A stretch of 64,000 nt of DNA, from the IMG/VR virus record IMGVR_UViG_3300021387_000688, one strand, 5' to 3'. The notes under the pieces are model-generated. The model saw only the letters and a program-made list of their open reading frames with translations, was not told the DNA's origin and searched no databases. The DNA is from a virus (taxonomy: Duplodnaviria; Caudoviricetes). Every line of letters begins with the position of its first letter. Position 1 is the first letter of the stretch. Of the stretch, positions 10,237-20,767 are shown in pieces. Made by a program: the position numbers and the translations under genes.

Positions 10237-10467
10237 TTATACCTCCCTATACACGGTGACTTTAATTACTTCTCCAGTCTCTTCATTCTTCTGGCAGTAT
10301 ACAAAATCTTTGCCATCATTGTTTGCTTCAAAGAAATTGTACATATATGTACAAAGATTTCGCAGGCTATTAAATACTCCATTTGTTTGTCCTTTTCCTA
10401 ATCCTGGCAAGCAAAAACTTTCCATATCCAATTCCTCCAAATCTTCTTTCTTTGGTGTTTTAGCCAT
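10237..10467 (-). CDS. hypothetical protein
   Basis: ORF in operon, SD AAGGA. Confidence 0.7.
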   Translation of the reverse strand: MAKTPKKEDLEELDMESFCLPGLGKGQTNGVFNSLRNLCTYMYNFFEANNDGKDFVYCQKNEETGEVIKVTVYREV

Positions 10468-11128
10468 TTATCAATCCTTTAATTTTTTCAATTTCATAAT
10501 TCAACTTATCTTTAATCTTTGAATCATCGATTAAAGTAAACCTATCTTTATAATCAGGTTTAAGAAGTTCAATATCCATTAATGTCAATGCATCAAAAGT
10601 TATACTACTTTTAATCATCATAACGTTTTCAGTAAACGAAGTATGCAGCCAAAGAGAACCATCTCTAATAAAATCATCGCTTCCGATTTTGAAATAAATG
10701 TGAGTAACAGCTCCGTCAAAATACTCATACCACCTATTCTTTTCAAACGAATCAAAAAGGTTTACTTCTTTTGTTTTATTTTCTAGGCGGGTATTTATTC
10801 GTTCAAGTTCCTTTTCCAACCTCTCTTTTTCTGCAAGAAGTTTTTTAGCCTCTTCATCCTTATAATCGTAATGAATGTAATATACAGAATCCGGAGAGGT
10901 TTCTTTTGCTGACTCACTCATCCAATCTATTTTTGGAACAGGGCGAGACTGTTGTTCTTCTTCATATTTACGTTTAGCTTTAGCCATTTCTCTTTCTTCT
11001 ATTTGTCTACCCATTTCTTTTTTAACTATTTTATCCAATTCGGTTTCTACAGAAGGGTGTTCACATTCTCCTATTTTTCCAGGATAAAATTTTCCATATA
11101 TTGTCATCCCTTCAACTTTCTTTTTCAT
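10460..11128 (-). CDS. hypothetical protein
   Basis: SD AGGAG; C-terminal part resembles 11749-12249. Confidence 0.8.
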   Translation of the reverse strand: MKKKVEGMTIYGKFYPGKIGECEHPSVETELDKIVKKEMGRQIEEREMAKAKRKYEEEQQSRPVPKIDWMSESAKETSPDSVYYIHYDYKDEEAKKLLAEKERLEKELERINTRLENKTKEVNLFDSFEKNRWYEYFDGAVTHIYFKIGSDDFIRDGSLWLHTSFTENVMMIKSSITFDALTLMDIELLKPDYKDRFTLIDDSKIKDKLNYEIEKIKGLING

Positions 11129-11748
11129 TATTCTCCTGAGCCGTTATAAGCTTCTTCTATTTCCTTAAACAGTTTTTCTACAATCTGCTCAATTCTGTGA
11201 TCGTCGGAATCTCTTGTTTGTTCGTAGAACCAATCCATAACCCCTGAAAGTCCAAAAACCTTTGGCATATTAATCAACTCGCAACTATACCAACCTGCTT
11301 TTCCTTTAATAACTCCAACTCTATTCAACCATTTTATAAATTGCCTTGTAATAAGATTTGAAGCTATATCCTTTGAAAGTGCATTTGTTATCCATTCGTA
11401 GTTGTTCTCAGTTTCGATATAAGAAAGTTCATCACTAAAACTTACAGTATATGGGGTAATATCTAATTCTGTAGAAGTGTGCTCCAATTCCAAAACATAT
11501 CTATGATCTTTATGTTCAATAGATTTTACCCTATTGTAAGTATGCATCAAAGTGTTTCCATCTTTACTATAAACGTAAATGGTGCGATTATATTTTGGCA
11601 TTTCTTTATCGTAGTTGCTTTCACTCATTTTCTTTTCCTCTTGTTCTTTATAATATCTTTGGGCTTCGTCATATCTTTTTCTATTTTCTTCTGCTTCTTT
11701 ATTCCATCTTTGTTTAGCCCTAAGCATTTCATCATTTACTTCACCCAT
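11128..11748 (-). CDS. hypothetical protein
   Basis: SD AGGAGG; coupled to neighbours. Confidence 0.8.
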   Translation of the reverse strand: MGEVNDEMLRAKQRWNKEAEENRKRYDEAQRYYKEQEEKKMSESNYDKEMPKYNRTIYVYSKDGNTLMHTYNRVKSIEHKDHRYVLELEHTSTELDITPYTVSFSDELSYIETENNYEWITNALSKDIASNLITRQFIKWLNRVGVIKGKAGWYSCELINMPKVFGLSGVMDWFYEQTRDSDDHRIEQIVEKLFKEIEEAYNGSGE

Positions 11749-12249
11749 CTACTCCTCCTTTAATAATACCATTATTAAAGGATTGGTTTTATTTCCATTT
11801 TGTATTGTTTTAGAAGTATCTACTTCTCCTTTAATAGTGTTTGCCAAATCCACGCACACTTTAAAGTATTCGCTTTGAGAAATAGGATGAAGATTTTTAG
11901 TGGCATCCTTATCTCCTAAAACTACAAAAGAGAATTTCTCTACAGGTACATATTCAAAAGCCCCGTTATCAAATACATGAATTACGGTAGGCACTTCCAA
12001 TTTGTCTTCTACTATTTTACAACTTTCTGTAAACTTGAAATAATTCTTTGTACCGAAACCAGATTCCAAGCAGTAGTAATTGCCTACAGACAATCCTCTA
12101 ACTAAAGCTTCTCCGGCCCTTGTCTGCATTTCCATTTCAATAACAGTTAATTTGTTTTGTAAAACTTTTTTAAGATAATCTAAATCTTCCATTGTCAAAG
12201 TATCTAATTGTTTTGCCAAATCCAAATTAAGATCAAGTTTATTCATCAA
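11749..12249 (-). CDS. hypothetical protein
   Basis: ORF in operon. Confidence 0.8.
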   Translation of the reverse strand: MMNKLDLNLDLAKQLDTLTMEDLDYLKKVLQNKLTVIEMEMQTRAGEALVRGLSVGNYYCLESGFGTKNYFKFTESCKIVEDKLEVPTVIHVFDNGAFEYVPVEKFSFVVLGDKDATKNLHPISQSEYFKVCVDLANTIKGEVDTSKTIQNGNKTNPLIMVLLKEE

Positions 12250-12802
12250 ACCACCCCATGTACATTAGAATATGCTTCTTTGCATCTTTATATCCATTAT
12301 TTCCATACTCCCCAGAAGTAAGAATTGGGTATTTACGATTGATTAAAAATGTTTGAGAAGGTAGACCATAGTTTTTTACAAAACACGCAGCATGTATTAA
12401 GCTACTTGATTCTATCATATCCTCAACATCTATACCTGTTTCACCAAATACAGTGAAGTCTAGATTTTCTGTGTAATAACTTACTAAAGATTTTTTACAT
12501 AAAGTACATTCCACATCATTCAATTCTGTATATTCATAATAACCTAAACATACAAACCAATCTACATTCTCGTTTATGAATTTAACTACTTCCGGGTCTT
12601 TCAAAAACTTGTAATTAGGATTGGTATTAAAAAGACAAACCAATTCTTTTTCCTTTGTAATTGCAAAACCGGAAAGTTTATCTTCTGTCAAGTAAAAATC
12701 CCAGTCGGTTCGGGGTTCATAATAACCTACAAAGGCCCGATATTTTATATTTGCATTTACAAACACTGTTGTAAATATTGCCGGAGTAGTTTTTTCCAAC
12801 AT
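12239..12802 (-). CDS. hypothetical protein
   Basis: SD AGGAG. Confidence 0.8.
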   Translation of the reverse strand: MLEKTTPAIFTTVFVNANIKYRAFVGYYEPRTDWDFYLTEDKLSGFAITKEKELVCLFNTNPNYKFLKDPEVVKFINENVDWFVCLGYYEYTELNDVECTLCKKSLVSYYTENLDFTVFGETGIDVEDMIESSSLIHAACFVKNYGLPSQTFLINRKYPILTSGEYGNNGYKDAKKHILMYMGWFDE

Positions 12803-13720
12803 TTACTTAATCTCCTTAAAAAGATTTTCTCTATCCTCTTTTGTTTTATATTGAGACAACCAAACTGCATTTACCTTATCGGTTGAGTCGTAAGCAGTCC
12901 ATTTTGGATTTCTATCATCCCAAAACATCATGTCATGAAGGATATCTTTTATTTCATCCTCTTTACTTTTTCCGTCTTCCATATAAACGCCAAGTCTGAG
13001 AATTTCATCAACCCAATCTGTAATCAACTTTGTAATGTAGATTTTTACTTCATTTCGATTGGCGACTTCTACACGGTTAAAATCTACTAAAGGTACATCG
13101 TCTCCGGCCAATACTGTTTTATGAATTTCATCCGTTGTAAAAGTATTACCAATAATGTATAAAGTATCGGAATCATATTCCCCATAACAATGAGGACTTC
13201 TAACTAACCTTGCAGAGAAAATTTCTTCAGAATGGAAGGCAGGAGTATTATATTTTTGAAGAGAAATACTTTCAAAAGTTTTAAGCATTTCCATAAACAA
13301 ATCTACAGTTTGTGCAATAGTACCCATAGGATTCTGGTACCATTTATCTTTTGCAAAGATTTCCTTATCAGGGTCTTCTGGAAGACCGTTTGGCAAAACC
13401 CAATCATATACATCATGGGTCAAAATAGCTATGGCCAATTCTACTAATGGTTTGTAAGTAAAGGTCTCTCTAAAAGTTTTTTCTAATTCAAAAATTGTAC
13501 ATTCTGTTTTATTTGCATAACCTGAAAATCTAACAGAATGCTTTACAGTTTTCGAAAAAGGATATTTTTTAATAATGAAATTATAAGACCAGTAATCTTT
13601 TTCTCCGTCTTCGTGAGTTTTTTGAAATTGAACTAAAGTAACACTTGCATTTTCTAATGCCTTTAAGAAATCTAACAATGCCTGAAAAATTCCTGAATCA
13701 TATTTAGTAACTCCGTCCAT
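12803..13720 (-). CDS. hypothetical protein
   Basis: Start placed at ATG 13720 (SD AAGGAG, TAATG overlap). Confidence 0.8.
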   Translation of the reverse strand: MDGVTKYDSGIFQALLDFLKALENASVTLVQFQKTHEDGEKDYWSYNFIIKKYPFSKTVKHSVRFSGYANKTECTIFELEKTFRETFTYKPLVELAIAILTHDVYDWVLPNGLPEDPDKEIFAKDKWYQNPMGTIAQTVDLFMEMLKTFESISLQKYNTPAFHSEEIFSARLVRSPHCYGEYDSDTLYIIGNTFTTDEIHKTVLAGDDVPLVDFNRVEVANRNEVKIYITKLITDWVDEILRLGVYMEDGKSKEDEIKDILHDMMFWDDRNPKWTAYDSTDKVNAVWLSQYKTKEDRENLFKEIK

Positions 13721-13977
13721 TATGATCTCCTTATCCAATCCTCTGTTTTTTCAGGATAACCTTTATATGTCATAACTTCTTTCAATTGAAGATTCTTTTC
13801 AATAATTTCTTTCAATTCTTTTGCAGGTTTGTCTACCCAATATCTTTGGTTTCTACCAGTAGTTATAATAGAACAATCTTTCATTCCTCTCTGGTAAGGT
13901 TCAACTAATACAATATCCTGTGCTGCTACATAAAATGTCTTTACTGTAGAGTGCGTATCCTGATGTGCTTCAATCAT
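13720..13977 (-). CDS. hypothetical protein
   Basis: SD GGAG. Confidence 0.7.
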   Translation of the reverse strand: MIEAHQDTHSTVKTFYVAAQDIVLVEPYQRGMKDCSIITTGRNQRYWVDKPAKELKEIIEKNLQLKEVMTYKGYPEKTEDWIRRS

Positions 13978-14001
13978 TTAAGATTCTCCGTTTGTTTCTC
14001 T

Positions 14002-14283
14002 TTAGTTATGGCATCGTCCATAACTAACCCCTCTATCAAAAGCTAACTTCGCGATCATTTTTTCTCTAGGAGAAAGGGGTTCTTCAAAACCTTCCTCCAT
14101 ATCTTTAATCCAACTCTTAATTACATCTTTTTCTTGATGTTCTTTTTCTTCTTTAAACTCTTGCATCATTTCCATAAAGTCAGAAATATTTTGTTGCATT
14201 CTTTTTGCCTCTATATGTGCACGGGCTTCCTTTATTTTGAGTTGTCTTTTAAATTCTTTATAAGAGTCTTCTTTTTCTTTCAT
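14002..14283 (-). CDS. hypothetical protein
   Basis: ATGA overlap with upstream gene. Confidence 0.7.
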   Translation of the reverse strand: MKEKEDSYKEFKRQLKIKEARAHIEAKRMQQNISDFMEMMQEFKEEKEHQEKDVIKSWIKDMEEGFEEPLSPREKMIAKLAFDRGVSYGRCHN

Positions 14284-14645
14284 TCTTGATTTACCACATA
14301 TTTATAAGATTCCCCAAATCCGTTTTCTTCATGATCCGAATGATTTGGAAGGGTTCTTACTAGACCATATTCTTCAAATACAATACAAGGACTGCATTCG
14401 CAAGGTTGAACTTCTTTACAATAATCGGGATCGAAAAATCCTGCACCTACCATATAATCCCCGCGTCTTCGATAAGTACCTTTTGTTCCAGGTTTTTCAG
14501 GAGGGATATATTCTTCATCATGATTTATAGCAGTGCGAGGTTCAAAATGTTCCTCTACAACATAATAACTATGATACTTACCATCTACTCGAAAATCCGG
14601 TTGCTGAAATTTACCTACGTATACTTTTAGTTTTCCTGTTTTCAT
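14280..14645 (-). CDS. hypothetical protein
   Basis: SD GAGGA. Confidence 0.75.
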   Translation of the reverse strand: MKTGKLKVYVGKFQQPDFRVDGKYHSYYVVEEHFEPRTAINHDEEYIPPEKPGTKGTYRRRGDYMVGAGFFDPDYCKEVQPCECSPCIVFEEYGLVRTLPNHSDHEENGFGESYKYVVNQE

Positions 14646-14668
14646 AAATCCTCTTGTAAATAATATCG

Positions 14669-15139
14669 TTAGAAAGCAGAACCAAGTTTACGAATATATT
14701 TTCCTTTTTTAGGCTCAACAACCTCTTCTGTTTTTGGATTCCATTTTACTTTCTTAGGAACATACTCTACTCTTAATTGGGTTTTAGATTGCATATTGCA
14801 ATCGGAAGATTCGCTTCCAAACCAAGTTCGTAAATGTTTGTCCCAATGCCAATTACAAGAAGGACATTCAAGGGTTGCATAGATTCCATTATTAGAATGG
14901 ATTTCATCTCCAAAATAACCTCCCTTAGAATAGTTGGTTACCATAAACTGCTTTGCAACATAAACTTCTTTGAAAAGTTTTTTACATTTTGGACAACGTA
15001 TTGCATCTTTAAGCAGGTTAGTCATGGAGTTTGCTTTCCTTCGAAGGTCTTTTAATTCCTTCTTTTCAATTTCATCAATCCTCTTTTTAGTTTCTTTTAG
15101 TTCCTGTTTAACAGTTTTTTCATCAATCTCTTTTATCAT
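14669..15139 (-). CDS. Zn-ribbon hypothetical protein
   Basis: CPKC..CPSC. Confidence 0.75.
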   Translation of the reverse strand: MIKEIDEKTVKQELKETKKRIDEIEKKELKDLRRKANSMTNLLKDAIRCPKCKKLFKEVYVAKQFMVTNYSKGGYFGDEIHSNNGIYATLECPSCNWHWDKHLRTWFGSESSDCNMQSKTQLRVEYVPKKVKWNPKTEEVVEPKKGKYIRKLGSAF

Positions 15140-15142
15140 AAC

Positions 15143-16405
15143 CTAATCCTCTTCCCATAAATGTTCATCTTCATCTTCTTCAAAATCTTTTGCTACTATT
15201 TTCTTTTGCTCTGTAGTTGCATTCAATTCATTTAATACCTTGGCTGTATTAGGAGGAAGTCTAACAACATCTTCAATAAAAGTCTTAATCAAATGTGCCT
15301 TAAGCGCTTCTTTGAAATTATTTGCTACCCATGGAGTATCTCTCAAAGACATTCTTGCAAGCATCAATACATCGGCATTCTTAAAATAAGCATCTGTTAT
15401 TGCTTCTCCATTTTCTTTTACAACAATCTTAATTTCATTTACAAGGCCTCTTGCTATTAAATAATTACCAAGATCTGAACGGGTTCTTGAATCTGAGTAT
15501 TCTTTGACTAATACATCTGCTTTAGCTTTAGACCAATTTACTGTAATGTCAACAACTTCACTGTTCCAATCCTTATGGGCTTGAATTACTTCATGATAAC
15601 AGAATTGGGTAAGATGAGAATGATTTTTTAGAAAATCTTCAGTATCATCCCGTACTATCTGATTAAACTGGGCCTGTACGTTAACCATTGTGTTTTCTTT
15701 TAGAAGTGCACCTTTCGAATGTTCTTCCATAGCCTGAATCCATTTCTCATAAGAATCTATATAAGTTGTACCTCGAGGATCAAAAGATTGTAAGAGCTTT
15801 CCATCCCTCCAAATCTTGAATCCGATATTAGCTATTTTATTACCCAGGTACTGCCCTTTCAAGTCTACGTCATTAGATTTGAAATGGTATTCTACTTGCA
15901 CGGCTGTTCCGTTTAAGTATGCCATAACAAACTCGATATGATTGGCAGAATCATAAACATGCGTACTAATAGTAAAATCTATTGTGAAGGCTTCAATCAC
16001 TCTATCAAATGCAAAATCTTTAATAGTTTTACTTACTTCCTCTCCAAGGGTTGGCGGGGTTGCTTTTCTTTTATTTTTAACAATGTACTTAGTTTCTGCT
16101 TTATTACAATCCTTTCGGATATTGTCAATAGTTCTTGCAGCATCATCTCCATCTTTAAAATTTTCTGCTTCATAAAAATTGAAGTAATAAGGATAATAAA
16201 CAGCCCCTGCATTTACTTTCACCTTTACCCCTACTTTAACAATCAATGAATAAAAACTTGCCCTACCGTTTTTTACTTTTGTCCATAGATCCCTATATTC
16301 ATATCGGTCTCTTAAAGACAACATGATTTCGTAATCAGTGTCGCAAAGGTTCCAAGCGTTCTTGCAAAAAGTTTTTTCAAAATGATATAATTCAGGTGTT
16401 TTCAT
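15143..16405 (-). CDS. hypothetical protein, local paralog family
   Basis: C-terminal LPPNTAKVLNELNATTEQK; start placed at ATG 16405. Confidence 0.8.
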   Translation of the reverse strand: MKTPELYHFEKTFCKNAWNLCDTDYEIMLSLRDRYEYRDLWTKVKNGRASFYSLIVKVGVKVKVNAGAVYYPYYFNFYEAENFKDGDDAARTIDNIRKDCNKAETKYIVKNKRKATPPTLGEEVSKTIKDFAFDRVIEAFTIDFTISTHVYDSANHIEFVMAYLNGTAVQVEYHFKSNDVDLKGQYLGNKIANIGFKIWRDGKLLQSFDPRGTTYIDSYEKWIQAMEEHSKGALLKENTMVNVQAQFNQIVRDDTEDFLKNHSHLTQFCYHEVIQAHKDWNSEVVDITVNWSKAKADVLVKEYSDSRTRSDLGNYLIARGLVNEIKIVVKENGEAITDAYFKNADVLMLARMSLRDTPWVANNFKEALKAHLIKTFIEDVVRLPPNTAKVLNELNATTEQKKIVAKDFEEDEDEHLWEED

Positions 16406-18624
16406 TATCCTCTCCATTCAATATCTCTACCATATACTTTATAAATTTCAAGCAATATCTTTCTTTTGATTGCTTTTGCTTTAAAAATATCTTCAAGGTA
16501 ATCATCCATTACTTGAACAAACTTACCTTCGTTTTCATCGCACTCCCCGTAAGAAGTATTATGCAATTGTTCTCCTCGTCTGTCAATGGTAAGCTGCCAT
16601 GAGTTCAAAGACCTAAAGTCCTTCATGCAAAGCCTTACGATAAAATTATAGTCTTCTGTTGAAAACTCAATTCTATAGCATGAAGGTCTAAAATGTTCTG
16701 GAGGAAAATTAATACAACGATGCAAATCAAAATTAAGAAGATTTAATTCCTTCATTGCATTTTCAACCATTTTTTCTTCTGTAATGGCGTCAATTGTTCC
16801 TTTATAAAAAGGGTTTAATTTACACACTATTTCAAAATCTTCAGCCACCTTAGCTTTCTGCTCATTTGTGGCGTTCAATTCATTCAATACTTCTTTTGTA
16901 TTAGGAGGAAGTTTGAAATCTTCTTTCCAGTAAAGTTTAACTAATTCGCTTTTTACAAATTCCAATAACCCAGTTGCAGAATTTACATCCATCTGTTTTT
17001 TAACATCTTTAACAAATTCACCATCTTCCATTCCGGTTCTTGTATAATCAATTACCTTAGGATTCTTAGGAAGTGCGCATTTAAGACTCCAGTTACCGTG
17101 AATCCATTTTAAGAGATGACTTCCGAGGTCATCTTTCGTAATATCTAAAGTCGGGTAATATTTAACTCTACTACGGAACCATTGACGTGCAGCGTCTTCC
17201 ATATACTTGTTATCAAAATCGATTCTAACCGTAGCATCCCCATAAAGGGTTGTAGTAGGAGACACAAAAGGCATCATAAAAGTATACTGAATATGACTTT
17301 CTTCTAGAGTTTTTCTCATCCATTCTTTCATAGCTGCTTTTACTTCTTCGGCACGTCGTTCATTTCTCTTTTTCCTAGCCTCTTCATATTCTCTTTCATC
17401 ATTCTTTACGGCCCAACCATTGTATTCGTTTTTAAGTTTTTCAAGTATATTGAATCTAAAATCATCCCAGAAATCTTCGTAATTATTAACAATGTTAAAG
17501 ATATCCCTCATCCTTGGGAAGAAGTTTGCTAGCGATCCCTGATATGGAAGATTTGGAAACTTTTTATCACAAATGCTAGAGATGCTAATATGATCAAAAA
17601 CGTCCCAAACATTCAATCCGCAAAAAGTAATGCCCTGAGGGTGCAAATCAATTTTTAATTTAAACTCTTTTTCTTCTCCGGAGAAGCCCTTAAAAGAAAT
17701 TTCTGCATAGCATTCAGGTTCACTACATTCTACAAAATCTATGTGAAGAGAATCTTTATAATATTCAATATGAGTTGGCCACAATCTTTCTATTTCTTCT
17801 TCTCTCCATTCATGGAATTTGTTAACTTCAAGTAAAGATACTTGATACAAGAATTCCTCAACTACTTTCGGTGCATCCATCTTATTCCAATCATTGCCTT
17901 CATAATCTTGCCAAAGCTGCACCAACTTCTTTTTCAAAAAACAAATATTATCCCCTTTACAAATTGTATAAGGAGGGAACGCATTACTATTAATATTCCA
18001 ATACATCTTTCCTGCAAGTGCTTCAAAGGAATTATGCAGCGTATCGCAAGACTGTTTTTTATTCAATTCAATTACCATACTCACGTCAAAGTAAATTGAA
18101 TTTATAAAAAATCCACCATGTACATGCTCTTCCATAGCTCTGCACTTATCTTCATCTGTACCAGAAGTGTAATTGAAAGATACTTGCCAATTTCTTTCAT
18201 CGTAAAGAGGTTCAACAATTTTAGGTTCAGAATTGGTCAACCTGTCATGGTAATTTTTTATTTCAACTTTTAAAGTCTCTATCATTTTGATCCAAAGGTA
18301 AGAAGATAATGGAGTTACATTATCTTTACTGAGCTTCTGCATTTTAAGACCTTTCCAGATTTTTGCATCAATATCTTTATTAAACTTTATATAAAGTTTT
18401 TCTTTACGGGCTGAATCACAAAGGGATTCAAAAACTACTGCATTAGAGTTTTTCTTGTAAAAACTTATTTCAAGCTTCATTGTTTCGATAGCTTTATTAT
18501 CCCATTCTTCAATCAAACCAGATTCCATAGAATCTATTGTTTCTACAACCCAATGTACAGAGGCTATTTGCCTTGCCCAGTATCCTAAATCTTCTAATCC
18601 TTCAAAGTGTAAATTATAATACAT
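16405..18624 (-). CDS. hypothetical protein, local paralog family
   Basis: 739 aa; LPPNTKEVLNELNATNEQK. Confidence 0.85.
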   Translation of the reverse strand: MYYNLHFEGLEDLGYWARQIASVHWVVETIDSMESGLIEEWDNKAIETMKLEISFYKKNSNAVVFESLCDSARKEKLYIKFNKDIDAKIWKGLKMQKLSKDNVTPLSSYLWIKMIETLKVEIKNYHDRLTNSEPKIVEPLYDERNWQVSFNYTSGTDEDKCRAMEEHVHGGFFINSIYFDVSMVIELNKKQSCDTLHNSFEALAGKMYWNINSNAFPPYTICKGDNICFLKKKLVQLWQDYEGNDWNKMDAPKVVEEFLYQVSLLEVNKFHEWREEEIERLWPTHIEYYKDSLHIDFVECSEPECYAEISFKGFSGEEKEFKLKIDLHPQGITFCGLNVWDVFDHISISSICDKKFPNLPYQGSLANFFPRMRDIFNIVNNYEDFWDDFRFNILEKLKNEYNGWAVKNDEREYEEARKKRNERRAEEVKAAMKEWMRKTLEESHIQYTFMMPFVSPTTTLYGDATVRIDFDNKYMEDAARQWFRSRVKYYPTLDITKDDLGSHLLKWIHGNWSLKCALPKNPKVIDYTRTGMEDGEFVKDVKKQMDVNSATGLLEFVKSELVKLYWKEDFKLPPNTKEVLNELNATNEQKAKVAEDFEIVCKLNPFYKGTIDAITEEKMVENAMKELNLLNFDLHRCINFPPEHFRPSCYRIEFSTEDYNFIVRLCMKDFRSLNSWQLTIDRRGEQLHNTSYGECDENEGKFVQVMDDYLEDIFKAKAIKRKILLEIYKVYGRDIEWRG

Positions 18625-18627
18625 TTT

Positions 18628-18906
18628 TTACCCCGCATTAAATGAACTCAATATAATTGTTGGTTCATTGTATTTTGTTGTTGTTCCAATCTCTTTGACT
18701 GTATACTTTTGATAAGATCTTCTTTCAAAATTATCTTCTCTTTTAAATCTTTGACCTACAATATAAGAATGTGTTTCCTGGTCCCAGATGTCGTTTCCGT
18801 ATTCAGCTAAGTCTTTTGCTTGCGACAGGGATTCAGCTGCAACAATTGCGCTATCAAAATCGTCGTAATCTACATCTGTTAAAGATATCTTAAAAAGTTT
18901 AAGCAT
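18628..18906 (-). CDS. hypothetical phage protein
   Basis: SD AGGAGGT; DYDDFDSAIVAA..ILSSFNAG. Confidence 0.8.
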   Translation of the reverse strand: MLKLFKISLTDVDYDDFDSAIVAAESLSQAKDLAEYGNDIWDQETHSYIVGQRFKREDNFERRSYQKYTVKEIGTTTKYNEPTIILSSFNAG

Positions 18907-19321
18907 TTATATCCACCTCCTTTAATTCTGTAAATTCTTTTATATGTTCTTCATCTACTACAAAAAGTTTTTTACCATCGCACATCAACCAATCATTATG
19001 GAAAAGATATAATGTACCTTCGTAATCATGTGTCCAAGTTCCATCATGATTGTCAAAAGATGTTCCGGCTTGTACAACCATTACTTCTAAAGATTTTTCG
19101 ATTTCTTCTATTGTTTGAGAGATTTGATGGTTTCGGTCAAATGCAATTTTACTATGACCAAATACTGCTTTTAATGCAGTTCCAAAAGAGAGTTGAGTCA
19201 TTATTTTAATGTCGTCAACTATGAAATCCGCAAATTCCCATTCCATAGATTCCTTTACATCTTTACCTGTAAAGCAAGCCCCATGGTACAGAACTTTATC
19301 TTTCATGAATAGTTTTGTCAT
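18899..19321 (-). CDS. hypothetical protein (predicted leaderless)
   Basis: CTATATT-N6-ATG. Confidence 0.8.
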   Translation of the reverse strand: MTKLFMKDKVLYHGACFTGKDVKESMEWEFADFIVDDIKIMTQLSFGTALKAVFGHSKIAFDRNHQISQTIEEIEKSLEVMVVQAGTSFDNHDGTWTHDYEGTLYLFHNDWLMCDGKKLFVVDEEHIKEFTELKEVDINA

Positions 19322-19358
19322 GCTAATAATATAGAAAATTGAAGGGATTAATATTTCA

Positions 19359-19580
19359 TTAAAGAGATAAGATTTGAATTAATTTTATATCTTGGATTCG
19401 GATTCCTTCTTCATTTCCAATATCTAAAAAGTCACCCCAATCCTCATCAGAAAAGCACCCATGCCCATAGCAGCCTCCATCGGGTCTGCATTTAAGGCAA
19501 GGGTTTTTAGAGAAGTATTTAATTTTTTCTACATTAAGGACATCCGAAGTCCCGTTTTTGTATTTTACTAATATCCTCAT
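19359..19580 (-). CDS. hypothetical protein
   Basis: ATGA overlap. Confidence 0.65.
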   Translation of the reverse strand: MRILVKYKNGTSDVLNVEKIKYFSKNPCLKCRPDGGCYGHGCFSDEDWGDFLDIGNEEGIRIQDIKLIQILSL

Positions 19581-20767
19581 GATTCACGAGCTTTCTTAAG
19601 AGCATTCGCAATAATATTTACCTGATCTTCTGTTGCATCCAAAGTTGCCAATATTTCAGATACTTCCTTTGGCAAAACTTGATTACTGTACATGCCATCT
19701 AATACTTTAGTAGTTTCATTTATCCAATCTTTATCGATCTGAAAGTTTGAATCTAATGTCAAGTTTCTCAATACAACAGTTGAAAGATTATGCCAGTTTC
19801 TAATAGATTTTGCATCCAAAATCATATGGAAGGAATCATTCAACATTGAAGATATTTCAATAGTTGGATGGAAATATTTGAAGATATAATTTCCAATACC
19901 GAACAATTGGCTTGATTTTTCGTATTTCTTTATAAGGGCTTTAGCTTCCCCTTCTGTCCAAGAAGTGACTACTTTGTAGTTAGCCATCTGGTAAGTAATG
20001 TATTTGACTGTCAAATCTTTTGACGCTTCAAGTTCTGCCACTCCTTTAATCTTATTGAAATAATTTCTAGCTATCTGGTTTGCAACTTCATAAGGAGTAG
20101 AATTGAATTCATTAAGTCTACTCAGTCCATCTGCCAATTCCGAAATCATTGCAGTTAAGTTTTTTCCAAATGGGCAAAATACCTTTATAATTCTATCCCC
20201 TGGTCCCGTCAACTTGAACCCAATATGAGTTACTGTAGTTTTATCTTCAAAATAAGTTTCAAACTTCAACTTGTAAGTATTGCACAACTTGCAATCGATA
20301 TCCAAAACCTTATAATCCCTATTCCAATTTTTACCTGTAATTTCTAAAGATACAGTCAATTCTTTTTTCTCCTTTTCAAACAGCAACGGGAACAATGTTG
20401 TTCTTATTTTACTCTCTAAAATCTTACTTAATGCAGGCATAATCTTATTATAAGAAGTTTTTCCTTCATCTTTTATACCCAGGCTTTTACAAGCCTTGTG
20501 ACCCATAGCAACAATGGCTCCTATAAAGTCACCCCAATATTCATTGTCATTAACTTTATACCATTTAGATGCGAATTCTTCTGTTCTTCCAAAAGGCATA
20601 GTTATAATAACAACTCTGGCTTTTTCTAGAGGTGTAGGATCAAATGCTACTCTAAGATTATCGATGTGATTTGTATTGTGTTGAATTTCAAATTCTGCTT
20701 TCCAAATACCTTCATTATAAAAAGGAAGCAATTCGTCGTACTCTGCAAATTCTATTACAATTTTCAT
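19577..20767 (-). CDS. hypothetical protein, local paralog family
   Basis: Similar to 15143-16405; LPKEVSEILATLDATEDQ. Confidence 0.85.
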   Translation of the reverse strand: MKIVIEFAEYDELLPFYNEGIWKAEFEIQHNTNHIDNLRVAFDPTPLEKARVVIITMPFGRTEEFASKWYKVNDNEYWGDFIGAIVAMGHKACKSLGIKDEGKTSYNKIMPALSKILESKIRTTLFPLLFEKEKKELTVSLEITGKNWNRDYKVLDIDCKLCNTYKLKFETYFEDKTTVTHIGFKLTGPGDRIIKVFCPFGKNLTAMISELADGLSRLNEFNSTPYEVANQIARNYFNKIKGVAELEASKDLTVKYITYQMANYKVVTSWTEGEAKALIKKYEKSSQLFGIGNYIFKYFHPTIEISSMLNDSFHMILDAKSIRNWHNLSTVVLRNLTLDSNFQIDKDWINETTKVLDGMYSNQVLPKEVSEILATLDATEDQVNIIANALKKARES

